Below are positions 57,901 to 64,000 of a DNA stretch of 64,000 nt, one piece after another. How positions within the stretch are numbered: the first letter of the stretch is position 1; each line of letters begins with the position of its first letter. The notes beneath the pieces were generated by a model. It saw only the letters and a program-made list of their open reading frames with translations, was not told the origin of the DNA and did no database searches. The position numbers and the translations under genes were made by a program. Origin of the DNA: Amoebophrya sp. A120 (lineage: Eukaryota; Protista; Dinoflagellata); assembly GCA_905178155.1 (NCBI GenBank), contig CAJINV010000006.1:2026230-2090229 (forward strand). Reading direction: 5' to 3'.

Positions 57901-60306
57901 ACCTTTCGACCGACACTGCCGTGGAACTATTGATATCGGCGGAAAGGTACAATTACCTATAATACTATTTCAAAAATTCTGGCGGGCGCGGGGGTGCGAG
58001 GTGCTAGTAGAAATGCTGCTAGTAGAATTGTGCTAGTGGAAAAGCAGCCACTAGTAGAAATCCTGCTAGTGTTTTTAGCGTTACAAAAAAGCGCGAGCGG
58101 TACTAGTGACAGGCGCCACTAGTGAAGGCGCTCACTAGTGGAGCCACTAGTGACAAAAAGCCCGATTTTGGGGAAAGCGTAACCACTAGTGAGAAAACGC
58201 GCCAAATTCGGAAACTCGCTCGCAGGGACCGAGACGCGCGCTGCCCGGCCCCCGGGTGGCCTTCGCGCCTGCCTGCCAGCCGTGGTCTGGGCCCTTGGCC
58301 CTGGCTTAGATGCGCGGCGGTTCGCGCTTGGTTGCCCCGGGCTGAAGTCGATCTTCATTCTGGCGCCCCTTCCCCTTCCAAGCCTGTTGCGAGGGATGTG
58401 GCACCAGTCTGCGCCTTTCTCTGCTGCCTGTGGCTCCGCAGGCCGGGCTTGGTCGCGTGCGCCCTGCGGACCCCGGGGGCTCTTCGGCCGCGCCGGGGCT
58501 GCCTGATTTTGCCTTGCTTCCTTGCTCTGGATTGCCTTGCTTCCTTGCTCTGGATTGCTTCCTTCCTCACTGCATACTCTTCGTCACCTTGCTTGAGTAC
58601 CTCTACACGGACATAATACCGGACCACCTTTCGATATCCCACGATAAAACTGTCTCACTGTAAAGATTTTGCAAGATCTGCATGACAAGTTTGTTATTGA
58701 TGTTACACATGACAAAGAAAACTTGGCATGCGTACTCCCTAAGAAAAAACACAGCCAAAAATCCAATGTCTTGCATGTGTTGTGTAGCATGGCAACCACA
58801 TTTGCGTTCCGTTCTATGCATCAGAAGTTCACAGTGAAACAGTTTTTTCTTTGCATATTCGACCGACACTGCCGTGGAGCTGTTGATATCGGCGGAAAGG
58901 TTTACTACTTACTTTGCGCTAGATTTTGGTGTCATGCACCTCCACCACCACACGTGGCCTACTACAAGTTGGTCCGCCCAAGTAGGTCTGCGCGAGTAGC
59001 GCATTTTGATGAAGCAAAAAATGCGATAATTTCATCTTGGTAGTAGTGTCATGATGATTACTAACCAGACCTAGATTTTTCCGAAACCGATGATGAACAA
59101 CGAGGTTTTACTAGCATTCATCCCATTCGCAAAAATACAGGTATCTCCTCCAACGGCTCAAAGCTCTTTGCGAGGACTTAATCCGCAAAGGCATCGGCTT
59201 CGACAATGTCGTGCCGATTCTGCTCACCGCGAAAAAACACCGCGCTGACGGGTTAAAGGACATGTGCATGGATTTTATTGTCTATTCAATGCAAACAGGT
59301 CTGGGTTTCGGTCTGGAAGGATGCGCGCTTGTTACGCGGACTTCGCATCACACAAAAATCAGTCCTGCATGGAAAGCAAAAGTTGCGTGCTTCTTGGTCC
59401 ACCAAAAGAAAGGCTTTGATGTCATGCGGACTTTTACGCATGAAGAGACCTTCTCATCAAAATTTGTGCTGACGCTAGTGCGTGCACGGTAGAACCCCTG
59501 CTAGTTCGTGCAAAAGCTGCATCACAAAAATTCTGCATCCTTCGAGAACCAGACACAGGCAGATTTTCAATGCATATCGTCGCGAACGAAGCGAAAATGA
59601 AGCAGCACGAGACGTTCAAAGATTTGACCGAGGAGCCCATGTTGCTTTACGACCTGCTCATGCGACGGAAAGCGCAGGAGGAGAAACTGGTGAACTCCAT
59701 GTCCGGGCACCAGAACCGCAGTGACCTCTCCGCGCTGTCTCCCGGCAACGGTTCCAGCCTCTACAGCGGGTACAGCACGCCGGACCACTCTCTATCGCAA
59801 GAAAAAGTGTTAGCGTTATCAACGGTTTTCACAGATTGCAGCCATGCATCACAAATGTAGCCCAATATGCATGCTATGCATCACAAATTCTGACACGTTT
59901 TGTGATGCGTTGCTGCATCACAAATTCCGTCAACGTTACCACTTTATTTTCCTGTGATGCTCTCCTTTGCCCTTTCACGCTCGACCTCGGGTGTCTGGCG
60001 TGGCGAATCGGGCGGGGCAAATGTTTATGCACTGCAAAAGTATCGTTCCCGTAGGAATTATTGCAATCGTGCATTACAAATCTTTTTCTTAAGCAAAATC
60101 CGCATTACAAACTTTATTTCTCATGCTGAGGAAATTTGCAATGCATTTATGCGAGTACGATGCTTTATTTGCAGTGCATAACGTTGGAGAACTTCCTCGG
60201 GGTGGGGGGCGGAGGCGGGGGAAGTAACGACCGGGGGAGCGGAGGTGGGGAGCCTCATGGTAATAGTGCAAGGAACCAACACCCACCAACGCAGAACACC
60301 AGGTGA
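51912..60306 (+). CDS. Kelch-repeat / BTB / BACK protein (LZTR1-like), 17 introners plus canonical introns
   Basis: Kelch motifs LWLYGGYNG, YIFGGYSG, FIFGGYDG, YLFG|GYDG, FVFGGYSG, YVFGGYNG; BTB GDVTFLVEDMPVYATRSHLAARSDHFRALFYGGMRE..LLEYLYTD; BACK YLLQRLKALCEDLIRKGIGFDNVVPILLTA; TGA 60304-60306. Splicing of 57120-58900 unresolved. Confidence 0.85.
52039..52188. mobile_element. Introner B
   Basis: TSD gcgga/gcgga. Confidence 0.9.
52495..52600. mobile_element. Introner J
   Basis: TSD aatta/aattc; ends AGA. Confidence 0.82.
52653..52806. mobile_element. Introner K (tatgcaatacaaatatcccg..cgggaaatttattgtggata)
   Basis: TSD cgcct/cgcct; removal restores Kelch RSGAS. Confidence 0.85.
52996..53140 (+). 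other. Canonical GT-AG intron
   Basis: aaaat|gtatat..ctactgacccctcag|gtacatc restores KMYIFGG. Confidence 0.85.
53359..53525. mobile_element. Introner B
   Basis: TSD ctcct/ctcct; right tip decayed. Confidence 0.82.
53583..53904. mobile_element. Introner C
   Basis: TSD ccgaa/ccgaa. Confidence 0.88.
54058..55104. mobile_element. Introner B split by a ~0.89 kb insertion
   Basis: TSD agcag/agcag. Confidence 0.88.
54185..55074. mobile_element. GC-rich repeat-laden insertion nested in introner B
   Basis: Possible tatac duplication; gagagg arrays, then an (accctctcgcgc)n tandem at 54686-54835. Confidence 0.65.
55182..55451. mobile_element. Introner A between the Kelch GG codons
   Basis: TSD tcggg/tcggg. 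Confidence 0.88.
55655..55810. mobile_element. Introner B
   Basis: TSD ggttt/ggttc. Confidence 0.88.
55863..56153. mobile_element. Introner D
   Basis: TSD acggg/acggg. Confidence 0.9.
56305..56500. mobile_element. Highly degenerate introner (B-like)
   Basis: TAT..ATA, TSD gcggt/gcgct; frame restored. Confidence 0.75.
56840..57048. mobile_element. Introner F at a canonical 3' splice site
   Basis: TSD tcagg/tcagg. Confidence 0.9.
57483..57689. mobile_element. H-like introner
   Basis: TAC..ATA, TSD gtgca/gtgca. Confidence 0.82.
57752..57901. mobile_element. Introner B in exon copy 1
   Basis: TSD ccttt/ccttt. Confidence 0.9.
58000..58192. repeat. Array of about 10 CTAGT (cactagtg/gctagta) motifs heading a GC-rich insert
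   Basis: Seen directly. Confidence 0.75.
58635..58857. mobile_element. Introner F in exon copy 2
   Basis: TSD ttcga/ttcga. Confidence 0.9.
59283..59576. mobile_element. Degenerate introner A
   Basis: TSD ttgtc/tcgtc. Confidence 0.82.
59793..59959. mobile_element. Introner H
   Basis: TSD ctctc/ctctc; ends ATG. Confidence 0.85.
60026..60180. mobile_element. Introner B
   Basis: TSD atgtt/acgtt. Confidence 0.88.
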
Positions 60307-61308
60307 AGTGGGTGGTGTACTTCTTACCATGGTGGAGTTTTGCCTGCTACGAATTTGTAGTTGTATAGCAGCTTGCGGAATAAATTCTAAATAAAATGCT
60401 TTTTCTTTTTATTTGCAAACAGAAGCGAAATTACGAGATTTTTACATCCTCGAGGATCACTGTAGGCTTGACAATGAACAGATCACAATAAAAAAAAAGC
60501 AAGAAAACAAGCGAGACGTTTTACAACCAACCTGCAAAACGAAAGCTCAACAAATCGGATTTGTATTTACAAGTAGTTGCAGCTGCTCTTGCTGCATATG
60601 TAGTTTTTGTTGCCAAGGAGCAGGGACGAAGCGATAAGCGATGTGCAAGCGCTTTTTATCATCTACTGCGATAGCACGGCTACGGTATCGCGACTTCTGC
60701 ACTAACGAAGATTTAACTAACAGTTTTAGCTAAATGAAATTTTCCTGTCCGTCTCAGCTGTCATTCGTAACAATATTTTTCATCGCACTCGAAGGTGAAG
60801 AGAGGTCCAGAATTTTCGATGATTTTGCTGCATGTGCTCGGTCGCGATCATGTAGTATTAGAGGACGTTGGTTATAATTATGTGTGGTTTTCAGCAAGGA
60901 AGTAAGGTCACGACGACTAGATTTTCTAAAATGGTTTTCAAGACGGCTTTGGTGAAGTAAAAGGGACAAACAGCAGGGAAATGGCACCAGCGATGAAAGC
61001 AAAAGCAATGATGAATGCCTTTGCCTTCGGAAAATTTTTCGCAAGCGACCCATAACGACTGTTCTTCTGTCTGCTGTTTTTAAACCATGATGTCTATTCG
61101 GCGACACTGACCAGACTCTATGTGGAAGCAGGAGAAGATAAACGTTGTTTTATGAAATCGCTGAATTTTTTTTTCTCTCTACAAATCGTCCCGCCCCCTT
61201 ACGATTCTTTATACATAGCAGCTAGCTCCTGCGTTTCTTCTTCTTTACATCTTTTCTAAATCTATTATCGTGTTTTATTTACAAAAACTGTATGCCAAGT
61301 GGAACATC

Positions 61309-64000
61309 ATGATGTCGAAGACGCTTTTTTTCCGGCGCGTGGTTGTCCTAATCTACACCGCCTCCGCTCTGCCTGGGGCCCTTGCGAGGGGCGGTTGGGC
61401 GAGCAATATTTCTGGAGGAGTTGTGGATTCTTGTTCACAGCCGGTGGTTGCACGACCTTGTCATGTAGATGATCTGCGGAGGACCGTCGAACTAGGCGGG
61501 GTGGCTCTTCCCGCAGGTTGCCGGGCTGAAGGAACTTCTCAGCCGGCCGAGGAACCAGACGTCGGAGGACAGGGACAACAAGCAGGCGAGGATCACATCA
61601 AGAGCGCTAATATCCGTATCCCGACGAGGACCCCGTCTCATGGACGAGGACTCCAGGTCGGTGCACAGCACGAAGAAAGAAGAAAAAAACACGACTCATA
61701 CGGCCTGCTAGAGGCCGATGCGCCGCCTCTGCTTGTTCATCTGCAGCCGCCCGGAACATGCAACTACTCTCTAGCAGAGCAGGACGAGCAGGCAAAGCTG
61801 CGCTGCGGCCTCAGTAGGGATGAAGGGACATTGTCTAGCTGTGCATGTGCTCGTCCACGAGGACACGGCCAGGACGATTCGGAGGAACAAGATCAACAGC
61901 ATGAGTGCAATATGCTAGTACCAGCTTCGTCAACAACCACACGTGCTGGCTATAATTTTCTGGATATGTTGCACAATCCACCTGTTGTCCCTCCTGCTGC
62001 TGCTGCACCTCATGGAAAATCATACCCTAGTTCCAGTACTAGTGTTCCTCCGCGCCAGGGTCAGAGCGGCCCACAGGGTGAACGACGCGAGCTGCGTGAA
62101 GTAGATGTAGATCACGGCCGCCGGAGGTCGTCGTGCGCGGCCAGTTTACATTCTGATCCTGGGCCCAGGACGTCGAGGTCGACCTCCGCCTGGAGTTGTG
62201 AAATAAGTGAGCCACCAGTTGCTGACGGCAGCATCTTGCCGGCGCGACAGGAAGAACCACGACCGAGCGACAGCAGCAGCAGCAGAAAGATAACCCCCAC
62301 CGTAGATGAAGAAATACAAGTAGAGGCCAGTACCACCACCACGTCAACAATCCCGGTCCGAAATTCTCTGACCGGGGAGACAATTCTGGATTTTCCCAAG
62401 CAAAAACTACCTGCCCCGCCCGTCTTTCCGTCTCAACATCTCGGTGCCGCCGTCCTTGCCTCGTCCTCGACCTGCTCTGCAGCAGTAGAGGCTTCTGCTT
62501 CTCCTTCTCCGCCGGCTGGAAATAAATTTATTGGCTCTTGCTCTTCGTTGAATTTTTTATTACGAACCGAGTTTTATACCGACGAAAGGGAAAAACAAGG
62601 AGCTACACGACGAGTCGGAGAAATAAGCAACAGACAGTGCAGTAGCACTGCACAAACTTCTACGGTTCAAGACTTGATCAACAGTGTTCGGGACCTGAAA
62701 TCCATTGCTGCCTCGAGTGGCAAGGAGGTAAAGATTTCAGCGACGTACGAAAGTGGAGGTCCTGCTGCACCACCGCAAAAATCGCCCCCATTAGGTCGTC
62801 CCAGCTTCCTGGACCCCCGAGAAAAGGTGGATTTCACCGGAAAAACCAACTACTTCGCAACCATCCTTCCCCAGACCCTGCTTGCGTCACACTTCCAAGA
62901 GCTGGCGAATGACGCTTTAGTTGAGGACGCGGACTGCTTCTGGAAGAAGTTTTTCGGCGATGATGATGATGATATTGCAACAGGTAAAAATGTTGTTGCG
63001 GACGAAGATCTTCGTACAAAAACAAAACCAGCACCGGGGAGGTCGTCCTCACAAGGTCCACAACTTGATGCCGGTCTCGGTGGTCCTGCACCTGCTTTTG
63101 TCTCCCCTGCGGAAGTCGAATTCCACAGACAGCACGTGCTTTCCGCACTTCTTGATGAAGGTGCAAATGCGGACGTCGACGAAGCGCAATTGCTCCCACG
63201 AGGACGACACGCGATCACGACGGGGCAGCTGTTGCAGCGATTCATTCAGACGCAAAACTTGATTCTATCAAGTGTAAAAATGTCTGGGTCTGGAAGAATG
63301 CAACCTGTCATGCTAAATCTGAAGCATGCAAAAATCTGTGTTGCATGATTACCAAAAGTCGTCCTGTTTTGACCAAGTCGAGAGGGAGTTTCTCATGCAG
63401 GATAGGCATGAGAAAGATCGCACAGAATCTGTCATGCTAGGTCCTGCATTCCAGACCTTATGGGTCATGGAAAAGCTGCATGACAAGTCGCGCATTCTTC
63501 CAGACCCAGACATTTTTACATTTGATAGATTCCAGATGAAGACGAAAGGGCAGCAGTGAAAACCGCTTTGGAAACAGATACCGGGGTGTTCCACAAAACT
63601 GCTCAACTACAGGACGTGTGCAATATTAAAAGTGATGGCTCACCCTGGTCCCACCTTCAAGATACTACCGGCGCCACGCTGGAAATCTTTGCTAAAGATG
63701 CGTCCTCCGCGAAAATAAAACCGAGCGCAGATGACGAGATTTTTCAATCTGCGATTTGGTCCGAGACCTTACGGCAAGGTGGGGATAGGTACAAAGACTT
63801 GTTGTACTACAATTCTGGTGGTGAAAACAAGATGAAACGGAAGTACCAGCGCGACGCAGAAGACAGTCCTCTCATCCCGCCCACTTTTCTCAACCAACTC
63901 GCGAAATTGTTGCAGCAGGAAATTTTCGACGCTCCTGCTGTCCCGGAGTTTTCCGTGCCGATCTTGCATCAGATACTGGGTGGAGATGATGATGAAGGGT
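61309..64000 (+). CDS. 3'-partial large hypothetical protein with signal-peptide-like N-terminus
   Basis: ~650-codon first exon (MMSKTLFFRRVVVLIYTASALPGALA..); after removing 63266-63532 the frame continues (PDEDERAAVK..) open to the window end. Confidence 0.7.
63266..63527. mobile_element. Introner A
   Basis: TSD gattc/gattc. Confidence 0.92.

Noticed and set aside
51-63606. Many short ORFs sharing peptides such as KMSGSG, CKNVWVWK, LPDPDIF, YPVQKYRTR
   Set aside because: They are translations of introner TIRs, not a protein family

Overview
Eukaryotic genomic DNA. Its architecture matches the introner-rich genomes described for the parasitic dinoflagellate Amoebophrya; that assignment is my inference, not a search result. 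About 100 short elements in roughly 11 sequence families (my labels A-K) interrupt the coding sequences. Almost all begin TAT, end ATA, carry terminal inverted repeats (TIRs) and are flanked by a 5-bp target-site duplication (TSD). Removing an element plus one TSD copy restores the reading frame, so they behave as non-GT-AG introns. Hand-splicing gives six + strand genes: (1) a low-complexity protein; (2) a small signal-peptide protein with a GPI-like tail; (3) an EF-hand + VMO-I beta-prism protein; (4) a 4-TM + GT1/sterol-glucosyltransferase-like protein with internal tandem duplications; (5) a Kelch-BTB-BACK (LZTR1-like) protein; (6) a large partial signal-peptide protein. The window also holds kb-long relatives of the introners, transposons nested inside introners, duplicated exons carrying different introner sets, and inserts flanked by long direct duplications. 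I found no intact transposase. Most ORFs in the supplied track are introner read-through artefacts. Coordinates were counted by hand and may be off by a few bases.
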